NCBI GenBank assembly: GCA_963716745.1
Contig: OY970320.1
Span: 704,001-768,000, forward strand
Reading direction: 5' to 3'
DNA length: 64,000 nt
From: an uncultured Gemmatimonadaceae bacterium
Lineage (GTDB): Bacteria; Gemmatimonadota; Gemmatimonadetes; Gemmatimonadales; Gemmatimonadaceae
Under the pieces are notes generated by a model that ran no database searches, was not told the DNA's origin, and saw only the letters and a program-made list of their open reading frames with translations. Position numbers and translations under genes: made by a program. Each line of letters begins with the position of its first letter. The first letter of the stretch is position 1. Shown here one piece after another: positions 24,226 through 33,419 of this stretch.

Positions 24226-25497
24226 ATGCCCGCCCCCGCTTCGCGCTCACGACAGCGCTGCCTCGATTGCGCGACCACGTTCGCCGAGCGCGGCGCGCAC
24301 GTCACCTGCCGCGAGTGCGGGGGGTTGCTGGAGATCGTGCACCCGTCGCCGCGTGCGCGCGGCGACGCGCTCGCGAAGCGCTTCGCGAGCCGGCCGGGCT
24401 CCGGCGTGTGGCGCTACCGGGAGTTCGTCATGCCCGGCGCGCCCCGGTCACCCGTGTCGTACCCCGAGGGGAACACGCCGCTCCTGGAGCGGCCGGCGGT
24501 GGACGCGTTCGCGGGCGTTCCGCATCTGTGGCTCAAGCATGAAGGGATGAATCCCACCGGTTCCTTCAAGGATCGCGGCATGACGGTCGCGATCACGCAG
24601 GCCAAGCGCATCGGCGCGCGCGCCGTGGCGTGCGCGACCACGGGCAACACTGGCGCCTCCATGGCGGCGTATGCGGCGCTCGCCGGCATCCCGTCGCTCG
24701 TGTTGGTGCCGGCGCAGGGCGTCTCCACGGCGAAGCTGGCGCAGTCGCTCGCGTACGGCGCGCGCGTGCTGCTGGTGCGCGGCGATTTCGACGACTGTCT
24801 TCGCCTGCTGCGCGAGGCGAGCGATTCGCTCGGCGTGTACCTCGTGAACTCCGTGAATCCGTGGCGCGTCGAGGGACAGAAGACGATCATCTTCGAACTG
24901 CTCGCGCAGCTCGATTGGCGCGCTCCCGCGTGGATCGCCTTCCCGGCCGGCAACCTCGGCAACACCGCCGCGTTCGGCAGCGCACTGCGCGACGCCCACG
25001 CATTCGGACTGATCAAGCGGGTGCCGCGCCTCCTGGCCGTGCAGGCGGCGGGCGCGGCGCCGTTCGCGCTGAGCTTCCGCGATGGATTCCGCACGCGTCA
25101 CCGGGTGCATGCGGAGACCGTCGCGACCGCGATCAAGATCGGCGACCCGGCGTCGTACGCACGCGGTGTGCGCGCCATTCAGGAGACGAATGGCGTTGTC
25201 ACTACCGTGACCGACGCGGAGATCCTCGAAGCCAAGGCGGCGATCGATGCGAGTGGCGTCGGTTGCGAGCCCGCGAGCGCGGCGAGCGTGGCCGGCGTGC
25301 GGCAGTTGCGCGCGAGCGGCGTGATCGGTGCGCGCGAGCGCGTCGCCGCCGTGCTCACCGGACATGTGCTCAAGGATCCCGACATCCTGCTGCGCTACCA
25401 CCGTGACGCCGAGCCGCCGCCGCGCGGCGCGAACCGGCCGGTGGAGATCGACGCGACCGTGCGCGCCGTTGAGCGCGCGATGCGCGCGAGCGGTTGA
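24226..25497 (+). CDS. thrC: Threonine synthase
   Basis: N-terminal CxxC..CxxC, EGNTPL, NPTGSFKDRG, TGNT, PAGNLGN, EPASAA and LTGHVLKD motifs. Confidence 0.92.
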   Translation: MPAPASRSRQRCLDCATTFAERGAHVTCRECGGLLEIVHPSPRARGDALAKRFASRPGSGVWRYREFVMPGAPRSPVSYPEGNTPLLERPAVDAFAGVPHLWLKHEGMNPTGSFKDRGMTVAITQAKRIGARAVACATTGNTGASMAAYAALAGIPSLVLVPAQGVSTAKLAQSLAYGARVLLVRGDFDDCLRLLREASDSLGVYLVNSVNPWRVEGQKTIIFELLAQLDWRAPAWIAFPAGNLGNTAAFGSALRDAHAFGLIKRVPRLLAVQAAGAAPFALSFRDGFRTRHRVHAETVATAIKIGDPASYARGVRAIQETNGVVTTVTDAEILEAKAAIDASGVGCEPASAASVAGVRQLRASGVIGARERVAAVLTGHVLKDPDILLRYHRDAEPPPRGANRPVEIDATVRAVERAMRASG

Positions 25498-25571
25498 CGC
25501 GACGCAGCAGGGACTCAGATTCTCATTGCGAAAACCTGAACGACTTCGTCTTCCCTCACCGATGACGTCTC

Positions 25572-25949
25572 ATGGCGGATGACAGCGCGCGCTGGCTCGC
25601 GCGCAGCGAAAGCCGGCGCATGGTGGGACGCGGCATCGCAATGGTGCTCGCGAGCGCGCTGTTCGGCGCCGCGCTCATCGGCAGCGAGCGGGCCGACCGT
25701 ACGCGCGGTGAGAAGCTCACGCGTGAGCGGTATGAGAAGGATTTCGAATCGTATCGCACCAAGCTGATCGACAGCGCCGACACGCCGGCGCTCACGCTGG
25801 TCATCATGCTGATGTTCGGCACGGTCGCCTTCGCGGCGCTCGAAGGCGCCGGCATCGTGATCGGGATGAGCGTCGGCGCCGTGGATGATGCCCTTGCACG
25901 TCGTAGCGCGCAGCGCCGCGACGCCGTGATCGACGACACCGACGACTGA
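25572..25949 (+). CDS. Hypothetical membrane protein
   Basis: ORF with two hydrophobic segments, in line with the neighbouring genes. Confidence 0.55.
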   Translation: MADDSARWLARSESRRMVGRGIAMVLASALFGAALIGSERADRTRGEKLTRERYEKDFESYRTKLIDSADTPALTLVIMLMFGTVAFAALEGAGIVIGMSVGAVDDALARRSAQRRDAVIDDTDD

Positions 25950-25970
25950 CCCTTTTCACGAGAGGACCCG

Positions 25971-26315
25971 ATGCGCTCCACCCACCCGACGATGGTCACC
26001 ACCGCCCAAACGCTCGCCAACTACAATGTCGTGAAGACGCTCGGCCTCGTGCGCGGCATCACCGTGCGCTCGCGCTCCCTGTTCGGCACGATCGGCGCCG
26101 GCTTCCAGACGATCATGGGCGGCAACATCACGCTGCTCACCTCACTCTGCGAGAAGACACGCGAAGAATCGTACGAACTGATGATGGCCCACGCCGAGGA
26201 GAAGGGCGCGAACGCGGTGATCGCGGTGAGTTACGATGCGACGGAACTGATGCAAGGGGTCACGGAAGTGCTTTGCTACGGTACTGCGGTCGTGGTCCAG
26301 CCGTCAAAGGCATGA
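25971..26315 (+). CDS. YbjQ/UPF0145 family protein
   Basis: LGLVRG, GANAVIAVSYD and EVLCYGTAV motifs; GAGG RBS. Confidence 0.92.
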   Translation: MRSTHPTMVTTAQTLANYNVVKTLGLVRGITVRSRSLFGTIGAGFQTIMGGNITLLTSLCEKTREESYELMMAHAEEKGANAVIAVSYDATELMQGVTEVLCYGTAVVVQPSKA

Positions 26316-26345
26316 CGGCGTGCGTCGCACCGCCAAAGGCGGGAA

Positions 26346-26447
26346 TGGTAACGCAAGCTGCGTTTGTGGCGATGGCGTTGGGGCCCGCGAGTCCGCCGCA
26401 ACCTGCAGTTCCCAACGCCAACGCCAAGCGCGCCGTTTGCGGTACCA
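26346..26447. repeat. Long imperfect intergenic hairpin with TGGCGT/ACGCCA hexamer units
   Basis: tggtaacgcaa pairs with ttgcggtacca; tggcgatggcgttggg pairs with cccaacgccaacgcca. Confidence 0.7.
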
Positions 26448-26529
26448 GCCCCGACGTCAGCGGTTCCAACCGCGCCGTTTTTCCGGCTAGATTCCAGTCA
26501 ACCACCCAGCGCATGGAGCTCGTAGCCTC

Positions 26530-26691
26530 ATGGACGAGAAGAAATTGCAAGCCCTCGCGCGCAAGAATGCCGCCAAGGCGGCCGCGCAACAGAAGCCGAA
26601 GGCGAAATACGATGACACGATCACGCCCGCGAACGACCCGGACCAGGATGCGCTCAAGCTGTTCAAGGAAATGAAGAAAAGGGAGTTCTAG
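26530..26691 (+). CDS. Small Lys/Ala-rich hypothetical protein (53 aa; not in ORF track)
   Basis: Manual translation MDEKKLQALARKNAAKAAAQQKPKAKYDDTITPANDPDQDALKLFKEMKKREF; GGAG upstream; GC3-rich codons. Confidence 0.7.
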   Translation: MDEKKLQALARKNAAKAAAQQKPKAKYDDTITPANDPDQDALKLFKEMKKREF

Positions 26692-26694
26692 ACC

Positions 26695-26871
26695 ATGGCC
26701 CCGAAACGCGCTCCGAAATCGCCGATCCCCGCGCCCGCTCGCAAGGGGCTCCCGGCGCCGCACAGCAAGCCGCAGGCGAAGAACATCGCGCCGCAGCCCA
26801 AGGATCTGCACGCGCAGCCGGCGCACAAGCCGTGGTCGACGTCGGTGAAAGGCGGGGCGCGCGGCCGTTAG
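26695..26871 (+). CDS. Small basic Pro/Lys-rich hypothetical protein (58 aa; not in ORF track)
   Basis: MAPKRAPKSPIPAPARKGLPAPHSKPQAKNIAPQPKDLHAQPAHKPWSTSVKGGARGR; GGGAG upstream; only 3-6 nt from its neighbours. Confidence 0.65.
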   Translation: MAPKRAPKSPIPAPARKGLPAPHSKPQAKNIAPQPKDLHAQPAHKPWSTSVKGGARGR

Positions 26872-26877
26872 CCCCGC

Positions 26878-27360
26878 ATGAGCGCGCGCCTCATCAAGCG
26901 CCTGTTCGCCCACCTTGAGTGGGCGGACGAACGCGCGCTCGATGCGCTGCGGCGCGCCGGCTCTCCTCCGCCGCAGGCCGTCGAACTCTTCGCTCACATC
27001 CTCGGCGCCGATCTCAACTGGCTCGCGCGCGTCCAGGGCGCGGCGCCCCGCGCCGCGGTGTGGCCGGCGCAGACCGTCGCCGACTGCGGCACCATGATGG
27101 CCGAGTCGCATGCGGGGTGGCGCGCCTATCTCGCGACCCTCACCGACGCGGAACTCGCTCGCAACATCCACTACCGGAACAGCGCCGGACTCGAATTCGA
27201 TTCTTCGGTCGAGGAGATCCTGCTGCAGGTGGCGCTGCACGCCGTATATCATCGCGGACAAGTGAGCACCCTGCTCCGCTCGGCGGGCCTCGAACCGAGC
27301 CCCACCGACTTCATCGCCTTCGCCCGCGGCGCCCCTGCCGCCACGCGCCAAACGCGCTAG
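26878..27360 (+). CDS. DinB family protein
   Basis: WAD, FAHI and HAVYHRGQV His triad pattern. Confidence 0.9.
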   Translation: MSARLIKRLFAHLEWADERALDALRRAGSPPPQAVELFAHILGADLNWLARVQGAAPRAAVWPAQTVADCGTMMAESHAGWRAYLATLTDAELARNIHYRNSAGLEFDSSVEEILLQVALHAVYHRGQVSTLLRSAGLEPSPTDFIAFARGAPAATRQTR

Positions 27361-27428
27361 CGCGTTCATCGTTCATCGTGCATCGTGCCCCGACGCACGA
27401 CGGACGCAGTTGACGCACGACGCATCAC
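27361..27428. repeat. CATCGTT/CATCGTG and GACGCAC heptamer tracts
   Basis: gttcatcgttcatcgtgcatcgtg...gacgcacgacggacgcagttgacgcacgacgcatcac. Confidence 0.6.
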
Positions 27429-27456
27429 TCACGTAGTTCGCGACGAGGAGACTCGA

Positions 27457-27987
27457 ATGACCATGGCAAAGGGTGTCTGGGGCTGGATGGTGGCGGCGGG
27501 CGCGCTGCTCATGATCGCCGGATTCATGGCGCTCGGTTCGCCGCTCGTCGCCGGGTTCGCCACGCTGCTGCTCTTCGGATGGCTGCTGCTCTTCGGCGGG
27601 ATCGTGGAGTTCGTCCAGTCCTTCCGCATGGCGGGCATGCCCGGCCGGTCGCTCTACGTGATCGGCGGCCTCATCTCGATCCTCGCCGGCGTCGTCTTCA
27701 TCCGGAATCCCGCGATCAGCGGCGATGCGCTCCTCATGCTCCTCGGCGCGTATTTCCTGGCGGGCGGATTGATCCGGTCCATCTCATCGATCGCCGATCG
27801 CCACGCGAATTGGGGATGGTCGCTCGCGGGCGGTGTCGTGGACGTCGTGCTCGGCCTGCTGCTGTGGAACGCGATGGTCGTTCAGTCGGTAGCGATCATC
27901 GGGATCTTCGTGGGCATCACGCTCATCTTCCGCGGCATGCCGTGGATCGTGGCGGGACTCGCGCTCAAGCGGCTGCAGAAGGCGTAG
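27457..27987 (+). CDS. HdeD/DUF308 family membrane protein
   Basis: Repeated G-rich TM hairpins, WGWSLAGG and IGIFVGITLIFRG; GAGGAG RBS. Confidence 0.88.
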   Translation: MTMAKGVWGWMVAAGALLMIAGFMALGSPLVAGFATLLLFGWLLLFGGIVEFVQSFRMAGMPGRSLYVIGGLISILAGVVFIRNPAISGDALLMLLGAYFLAGGLIRSISSIADRHANWGWSLAGGVVDVVLGLLLWNAMVVQSVAIIGIFVGITLIFRGMPWIVAGLALKRLQKA

Positions 27988-28005
27988 CGCGAGGAGAGCG
28001 CCGGC

Positions 28006-28485
28006 GTGGCGCGGCACGTCCATCTCGAGCTCGAGCGCGTGGCGCACGTTTCCGAGCGCGGCCTGCTCGTCGCGGCCGTGCTGCTGCGCGTGCGCGGCGT
28101 GATCGTGCTCGACTGGCGGGTCACGGAATTGAATGGATCGGCCGTCTCTCTCGCGCGCTCCGCCAGCGACGACCATCTCGCCACAACCGATGCCGAGTGG
28201 CCACTCTTCTTCGGGCCGGCAGCCACAGGCGATCGCGCCGGCGCGGCCGACTGTTCCGTTCGCCACGACGGGAACCGCGTGACGCTGTCGGACTTTGTCG
28301 GATGCGCCGTGGGCGGCGATGCGCGGTTCGACGTGCCGTGGAATGCGTTCGCGGGCGCGGTGCTGCGCGTGGGCGACTACGTGGTGCGGCGCACCGCGGC
28401 CGGTGAGTGGCGCGATGATCTGCGCGAGCGGCTCACACCGGTTCGCGCACGGCGCCGCATCCTCATGCGGGCAGAGCGCGCGTGA
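28006..28485 (+). CDS. Hypothetical protein
   Basis: GTG with GAGGAG RBS; operon-like spacing. Confidence 0.55.
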   Translation: MARHVHLELERVAHVSERGLLVAAVLLRVRGVIVLDWRVTELNGSAVSLARSASDDHLATTDAEWPLFFGPAATGDRAGAADCSVRHDGNRVTLSDFVGCAVGGDARFDVPWNAFAGAVLRVGDYVVRRTAAGEWRDDLRERLTPVRARRRILMRAERA

Positions 28486-28730
28486 TGCTCGATCCGGCGC
28501 AGTGGAGTTGGGGCAAGCTCGCGCTGGCCGGCGTGGCCTGGGCCGCAGCGCTCACGCTCGTCGCGGCGGGTCTCGTTTCGCGGGTCATATCGCACGCCAA
28601 GGAGACCGATCCCACCGGCGGCGAGTTCATCGTCCACCTCCCGTACGGAACCCGGCACCTTACCATATACATCCTGGCGGTCCTGATCCCGATCGCCCTG
28701 GCGGTGTTGCGAAAACTCGCGGCGGGGTAG
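28482..28730 (+). CDS. Small two-TM hypothetical protein
   Basis: Overlaps the upstream stop; two hydrophobic segments. Confidence 0.55.
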   Translation: MMLDPAQWSWGKLALAGVAWAAALTLVAAGLVSRVISHAKETDPTGGEFIVHLPYGTRHLTIYILAVLIPIALAVLRKLAAG

Positions 28731-28805
28731 CGGCGGCTCGCGCGACGGCGCATCGTCTAGCCCCGAGACCGGAGCGAGCATGAAGAACACCCTACCGGAG
28801 GCGCA

Positions 28806-29336
28806 TTGAAAGGACGCACGAGGCCCAAGGCGAAAGCGACCCGCACCAAGCGGGCCGCGAAACGGACGAAGCGTCCGGCGAAACGCGCCGCCGTGCGTCC
28901 GGCGAAGCGAGCCGCGAAGCGAGCCGCGAAGCGCGCGCCGGTCAAGTCGGCGGCGAAACGCCCCGCGCGTTCGCGCAACTCGGTCACGCCCGGCGAGATC
29001 CTGCGTCCCTTCCCGCCTTCCGTACGGCACCTCGCGCACGAATTGCGCAAATTGATCCGCCGCACGCTGCCCAAGGTCGATGAGCGCGCGTATGACGGCT
29101 GGCACGGCATCGGCTATCATGACCGGCAGAGTGGCTACCTTGCCGGCATCTTCCCGCAGCCCGACTGCGTGAAGGTGTATTTCGAGCACGGCGCGGTGCT
29201 GCCCGATCCGCACCACGTGCTCACGGGCACCGGATTGCAAGTGCGCCACGTGTCGTGCTGGCCGGATGTGCCGGTGCCCGAGCAGGCGATCCGCGAATTG
29301 CTCGCCGCCGCCGTGCGTTTCGGCGTAGTAAGGTGA
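28806..29336 (+). CDS. DUF1801 (YdhG-like) domain protein with N-terminal histone-H1-like KRAA/KRPA repeats
   Basis: TTG start after GGAGG; LRKLIRRTLP..ERAYDGWHGIGY...FEHGAVLPDPHHVLTGTG matches the DUF1801 pattern. Confidence 0.75.
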   Translation: MKGRTRPKAKATRTKRAAKRTKRPAKRAAVRPAKRAAKRAAKRAPVKSAAKRPARSRNSVTPGEILRPFPPSVRHLAHELRKLIRRTLPKVDERAYDGWHGIGYHDRQSGYLAGIFPQPDCVKVYFEHGAVLPDPHHVLTGTGLQVRHVSCWPDVPVPEQAIRELLAAAVRFGVVR

Positions 29337-29794
29337 TCCGCGCGCTCGCGGCACTCGTCGCGGCGGCCGCGATCGGCGCCGGAATGTCGCAGACGAATGC
29401 GCGCGTGTGCCGTTTCCCGATGCAGCCGCTGCACAACGCGCGCGACACCGCTGGCTGGTGCGCGCGCGAATTCATCATTCGCAACGGCTACACCGATGCG
29501 CCGGCGTCGTCCAATCGCGATGACATCGCGATCGAACCGGGCACCAATGTGGGACTCGGCTTCGAGAACACCGTCTCGAACCGGCACAACACCATCTCGC
29601 CGGCGCCGCTGCGCGTGTGCGACACGGGCACAGGATATCTCGTCACCTTCCGCATGCCGAATCAGCTGAACATGGCCGTGGGCAAGGGCGTGGTGATGAA
29701 CTCGTACTTCATTGGCCTCGCATTGCTGCAGCCGCTCGTATCGTTGGATCCCACGAGCAAATCGCCCCACTGCTCGGTGCCGCAGCTGCCGTGA
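29333..29794 (+). CDS. Secreted hypothetical protein (Cys-containing)
   Basis: GTG overlapping the upstream stop; signal peptide VIRALAALVAAAAIGA. Confidence 0.6.
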   Translation: MIRALAALVAAAAIGAGMSQTNARVCRFPMQPLHNARDTAGWCAREFIIRNGYTDAPASSNRDDIAIEPGTNVGLGFENTVSNRHNTISPAPLRVCDTGTGYLVTFRMPNQLNMAVGKGVVMNSYFIGLALLQPLVSLDPTSKSPHCSVPQLP

Positions 29795-30126
29795 CCGCCG
29801 GCGCGAAGTTCGCGCTGCTGGCGGGGGCCGGCGTGGCGGCCGCCGTGGTGATCATCGTGAGCACGAAGGATCATGGCGGTGACGAGCTCCGCCGGCTCGG
29901 CGCGCCGGTGGCCGACTCCCTCGATGCGTACACGCGCGCGCATCGCGTGTGCCCGCCGTCGCTCTCCGCGATCGGCCTCGCGCCGCCGGACACGAAGTAC
30001 GGTCCCTTCGCCTATCGCGTGTTCGACGGCGGCAAGAAATGCGAACTCACCGTGGGGATCTACGCGCGCGATCGCTTCGAGGAATACTGGATGTACCCGC
30101 CGGGCGACTGGTACTCGAACCGCTAG
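29791..30126 (+). CDS. Hypothetical membrane-anchored protein
   Basis: GTGA overlap; N-terminal TM and a Cys pair. Confidence 0.55.
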   Translation: MTAGAKFALLAGAGVAAAVVIIVSTKDHGGDELRRLGAPVADSLDAYTRAHRVCPPSLSAIGLAPPDTKYGPFAYRVFDGGKKCELTVGIYARDRFEEYWMYPPGDWYSNR

Positions 30127-30132
30127 CGGGCC

Positions 30133-30795
30133 TCAGCGCGGGGCGATGTTCGCGGCGGACTCGCGCGGCGCCTGAAGGTACGCGTAGTTCTCGTCGATCT
30201 CCGACACGTAGCCGATCGTCTCCCGGTAGCGCCACCGCGTGACCTTCGGCGCGACGACCACGAGACTCTCCCAGTCCTGCGGATCGAGCTTCGACTTCTT
30301 CGCAGCCGACTGCGCGCGTCTGATCGTGCCGTCGCCGGCATTGTACGACGCCAGCATGAAGTGCGGCCGCTCGTCGTCCGGGACCTTCTTGGTCCACGTG
30401 ATCCAGAGTCCTTTGTCGTGCAGGATCCCGGCGGCGATATTCCACTCCGGCTCGTCGATGCTTTCGTACTGCGGCCGCGTGGACTTGATCTGTGCATAGG
30501 TGGCGGGCATGAGCTGCATCAGCCCGCGCGCACCGACGTGGCTCTTGGCCGTCGGGATCAGATCGCTCTCCGCCATCGACTGCGCCTTGAAGAGCCGCCA
30601 GTCGAACCCCGGCCCGAAATAACGCTTCGTGTACTTCTTGAAGTACACGTCATAGCGCGTCGTCGGATAGCGCCGCTTCACTGCGGTCTTGTCGGCCTTC
30701 GCGACCTTCGCCGGCGAGACAGGCGTGCTCGTTTGCGCGAGCACCCCCGGCAGCACGAGCATGAGCGCTGCGCACGCGGCCGCCGCCCGCCGCAT
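30133..30795 (-). CDS. Lytic transglycosylase SLT-domain protein (MltF-like catalytic domain)
   Basis: DWRL..AES, GARGLMQLMPAT, ASYNAG and ETIGYV motifs; signal peptide. Confidence 0.9.
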   Translation of the reverse strand: MRRAAAACAALMLVLPGVLAQTSTPVSPAKVAKADKTAVKRRYPTTRYDVYFKKYTKRYFGPGFDWRLFKAQSMAESDLIPTAKSHVGARGLMQLMPATYAQIKSTRPQYESIDEPEWNIAAGILHDKGLWITWTKKVPDDERPHFMLASYNAGDGTIRRAQSAAKKSKLDPQDWESLVVVAPKVTRWRYRETIGYVSEIDENYAYLQAPRESAANIAPR

Positions 30796-30998
30796 CAGTT
30801 CAGCGAGCGCCCGATGACGTACGCGAGCCCCAGGAACAACGCCGCGATGATCACGGCCACGGCCATGTTCCCCTTGGAGAGCTCATCCTGGAAGTTCACG
30901 CGCGGCGTGAGCTTGTCGAAGAGCATGAAGCCCGCGAACATCAGGAACATCCCGGCGATCGCATAGCCGAGATTGCCAAGAATGATGGATGAGTCCAC
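30795..30998 (-). CDS. DUF350 domain small membrane protein
   Basis: FDKLTPRVNFQDELSKGNMAVAV motif; GGAGG RBS before GTG. Confidence 0.85.
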   Translation of the reverse strand: MDSSIILGNLGYAIAGMFLMFAGFMLFDKLTPRVNFQDELSKGNMAVAVIIAALFLGLAYVIGRSLN

Positions 30999-31156
30999 GC
31001 CGCCTCCGGAGAGCGATGCTGCAGTGAGTGCCTCGCCGCGAATATAGGAGGCCCGGGGGCCCGCCGAAAGAGAGCGTACTGGCGACACCAAGCGCGGCCA
31101 GGCATCGTAAGGGATTCGAGACCGCCAACACCTCGACAGACTCCGACAAATCATCC

Positions 31157-31732
31157 ATGTCCGACCAACAGCAGCAACCGACCGCTCCACAGGCTCCCGT
31201 CGCGCCCGCACTGCCCAACGCGCAGGCGCCGTCGCAGGCCGATCTGGCCCGGGCCGACGCGGCGCGCGCGCGTGAGATCGGGCGCCAGGCGCGCGCGCAG
31301 GCGCAGGCGGAGCGCGACGCGGCTCAGGCCACTCGCGACGCGGCACAAGCGGCCCGCGACGCCGCGCAGTCCGTACAGCAGAACGGACCGGTGATCCTCG
31401 TGCCCGGGCACCGCGGCGGCGATTTTCCCATGGATCCGGCGCAGATGCGCGCCATGGCGGAGAACATCACCAGCTACTTCTTCCTCACGGTCGCGGTGAT
31501 CGCCATCGGCGTGCCGCTGGTGCGGGCCCTCGGTCGCCGCCTCGGCCCCGCGCCGATCGCGCCGCCGCTCCCGAAAGCGGTGTCCGATCAGTTGCAGCGC
31601 ATCGAGACCGCGGTCGAGTCGATGGCCATCGAAGTCGAGCGCATCTCCGAGGCGCAGCGATTCCTCACGCGCCTGCAGACCGGTCAGCCCCAGGCCCAGC
31701 CCGCGGCACTGCCGCCGCGCCAAGGGTCGTGA
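31157..31732 (+). CDS. Hypothetical single-TM coiled-coil protein
   Basis: TM followed by LQRIETAVESMAIEVERISEAQRFLTRL, a motif I recall from Gemmatimonadota hypothetical proteins. Confidence 0.75.
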   Translation: MSDQQQQPTAPQAPVAPALPNAQAPSQADLARADAARAREIGRQARAQAQAERDAAQATRDAAQAARDAAQSVQQNGPVILVPGHRGGDFPMDPAQMRAMAENITSYFFLTVAVIAIGVPLVRALGRRLGPAPIAPPLPKAVSDQLQRIETAVESMAIEVERISEAQRFLTRLQTGQPQAQPAALPPRQGS

Positions 31733-32304
31733 CCGCGGCCGGTCCCGTGCGCTGCGCCTGGGCGGGCAGCGACGCGGCGATGCAGGCGTACCACGACGCG
31801 GAGTGGGGCGTGCCGGTGCACGACGACCGCGTGCATTTCGAGTTCCTCGTGCTCGAGGGCGCGCAGGCGGGACTCAACTGGCGCACGATCCTCAACAAGC
31901 GCGACCGTTATCGCGCCGCGCTGGATGGCTTCGATCCGGAACGCATCGCGCGCTACGATGCGCGCCGCCGGGCCAAGCTGATGAAGGATCCCGGCCTCGT
32001 GCGCAACCGGCTCAAGATCGAATCGCTCGCGAAGAATGCGCGCGCCTTCCTGGCATTGCAGGAGGAATTCGGATCGTACGACGCGTACGTGTGGCCCTTC
32101 GTTGGCGGGAAGCCACTCGTGAGCCGGCGGCGCGGCATGGGCGACGTGCCCGCGAAGACGCCCGAGTCCGATGCGCTGAGCAAGGACCTTAAGCGGCGAG
32201 GCTTCACTTTCGTCGGTACCACGATCATCTATGCATACATGCAGGCTACGGGATTGGTGAACGACCATCTCGTATCATGCTTCCGGTTCAAGGAGGCCAA
32301 ATGA
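31729..32304 (+). CDS. tag: DNA-3-methyladenine glycosylase I
   Basis: RCAW, YHDAEWG, LEGAQAGLNW, RNRLKI and MQATGLVNDHLVSC motifs. Confidence 0.96.
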   Translation: MTAAGPVRCAWAGSDAAMQAYHDAEWGVPVHDDRVHFEFLVLEGAQAGLNWRTILNKRDRYRAALDGFDPERIARYDARRRAKLMKDPGLVRNRLKIESLAKNARAFLALQEEFGSYDAYVWPFVGGKPLVSRRRGMGDVPAKTPESDALSKDLKRRGFTFVGTTIIYAYMQATGLVNDHLVSCFRFKEAK

Positions 32305-32534
32305 CGGACGACAATCGGCCCAAGCGGTTCCAGAGTTACGAGACTGACGAGATCACGGTCACCTTCGACCCCAACATCTGCCGGCACACGGGCGTTTGCG
32401 TGCGCACGCTGCACTCCGTATTCAATGTGAGTCAGAAACGCTGGGTGCGACTCGAGAACGCGAGCGCCGCCGACGTCGCGGCCGCCGTCGCGAAATGCCC
32501 GTCCGGGGCGCTACAATTCAAGATGAAGCAGTAG
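32301..32534 (+). CDS. Divergent (4Fe-4S)-binding protein (YjdI/Fer4_19-like)
   Basis: ICRHTGVCV...CPSGAL motif. Confidence 0.88.
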   Translation: MTDDNRPKRFQSYETDEITVTFDPNICRHTGVCVRTLHSVFNVSQKRWVRLENASAADVAAAVAKCPSGALQFKMKQ

Positions 32535-32555
32535 CCACGAGCGACGGGAGCGATC

Positions 32556-33071
32556 ATGGCATCGAACATGGTGAAGGGATTGTCGATCGGCGTTCTCGCC
32601 GGCGTGCTGGCGATCGGGGCCGTGGCGGCGATGCGCCGCCCGCATGCAGCGCCCGCGAGCGAGGCGACCGCGACGATGACGCTGGCCGCCGCTGCGACGC
32701 ACGACACGGTGCAGGTCGTGAAGACCGCCTCCTGCGGCTGCTGCCGCGAATGGGTGGACTACATGAAGCAGCAGGGCTTCGTGGTCGTCGCGCGCGACGT
32801 GTCGCCCGAAGACCTGGAAATGACGAAGACGGCGGCCGGCGTGCCGAGTGAGCTCGCCTCGTGCCACACCGCGCACGTGGGCGGTTACGTGATCGAAGGA
32901 CACGTGCCCGCGGAAGACATTCGGAAATTGCTCGCCACGCGACCGGCGATCGCGGGCCTCGCGGTGCCGGGCATGGTGTCGGGCTCGCCCGGAATGGGCA
33001 ACGGACCGGCGACGTTCAGCGTCGTGGCGTTCGACGCGAAGGGCAAGACGTCGGTCTTCTCGCAGCACTAG
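32556..33071 (+). CDS. DUF411 (CopG-like) periplasmic metal-binding protein
   Basis: CGCC..W, SCHTA, YVIEGHVPA and GLAVPGM motifs. Confidence 0.92.
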   Translation: MASNMVKGLSIGVLAGVLAIGAVAAMRRPHAAPASEATATMTLAAAATHDTVQVVKTASCGCCREWVDYMKQQGFVVVARDVSPEDLEMTKTAAGVPSELASCHTAHVGGYVIEGHVPAEDIRKLLATRPAIAGLAVPGMVSGSPGMGNGPATFSVVAFDAKGKTSVFSQH

Positions 33072-33074
33072 GCC

Positions 33075-33419
33075 ATGAGCGACGAGATCCAGCCCTTCAC
33101 GCCAGCGGGCGACACCCCGCCGAACTTCCATGTGCGCAGTGTGGTGATCCAACCGCGTACCGCGCTCGGCAAGTTCGCCTTCGCCGCCGTGCTCGTCGGC
33201 GCCGGCGTGCTCTTCCTCACGGTGGGGCTGGCACTCGCGCTTTCCCTCGCGGCGGTCGCGGTCGTGACCGGCGTCGCGGTGGTCGGTTATCGCGCGATCA
33301 CGGGATCGCGAGAGCGCGCCACTCGCGCCGCCGCGCGCTGGCGGCGTGCGCCTCGATCCGTCCAAGGAGATCTTCCTGCCCAAGCCGGAAGATCGCGCGT
33401 AGACACTACTGCGCGTTGA
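33075..33419 (+). CDS. Hypothetical membrane protein (3' end uncertain)
   Basis: Long hydrophobic hairpin; the C-terminus may be frameshifted. Confidence 0.5.
   Translation: MSDEIQPFTPAGDTPPNFHVRSVVIQPRTALGKFAFAAVLVGAGVLFLTVGLALALSLAAVAVVTGVAVVGYRAITGSRERATRAAARWRRAPRSVQGDLPAQAGRSRVDTTAR

Noticed and set aside
26346..26447. 6S RNA or SRP RNA
   Set aside because: Too short for 6S with no clear central bubble, and no SRP domain IV motif recognised; treated as a repeat hairpin.
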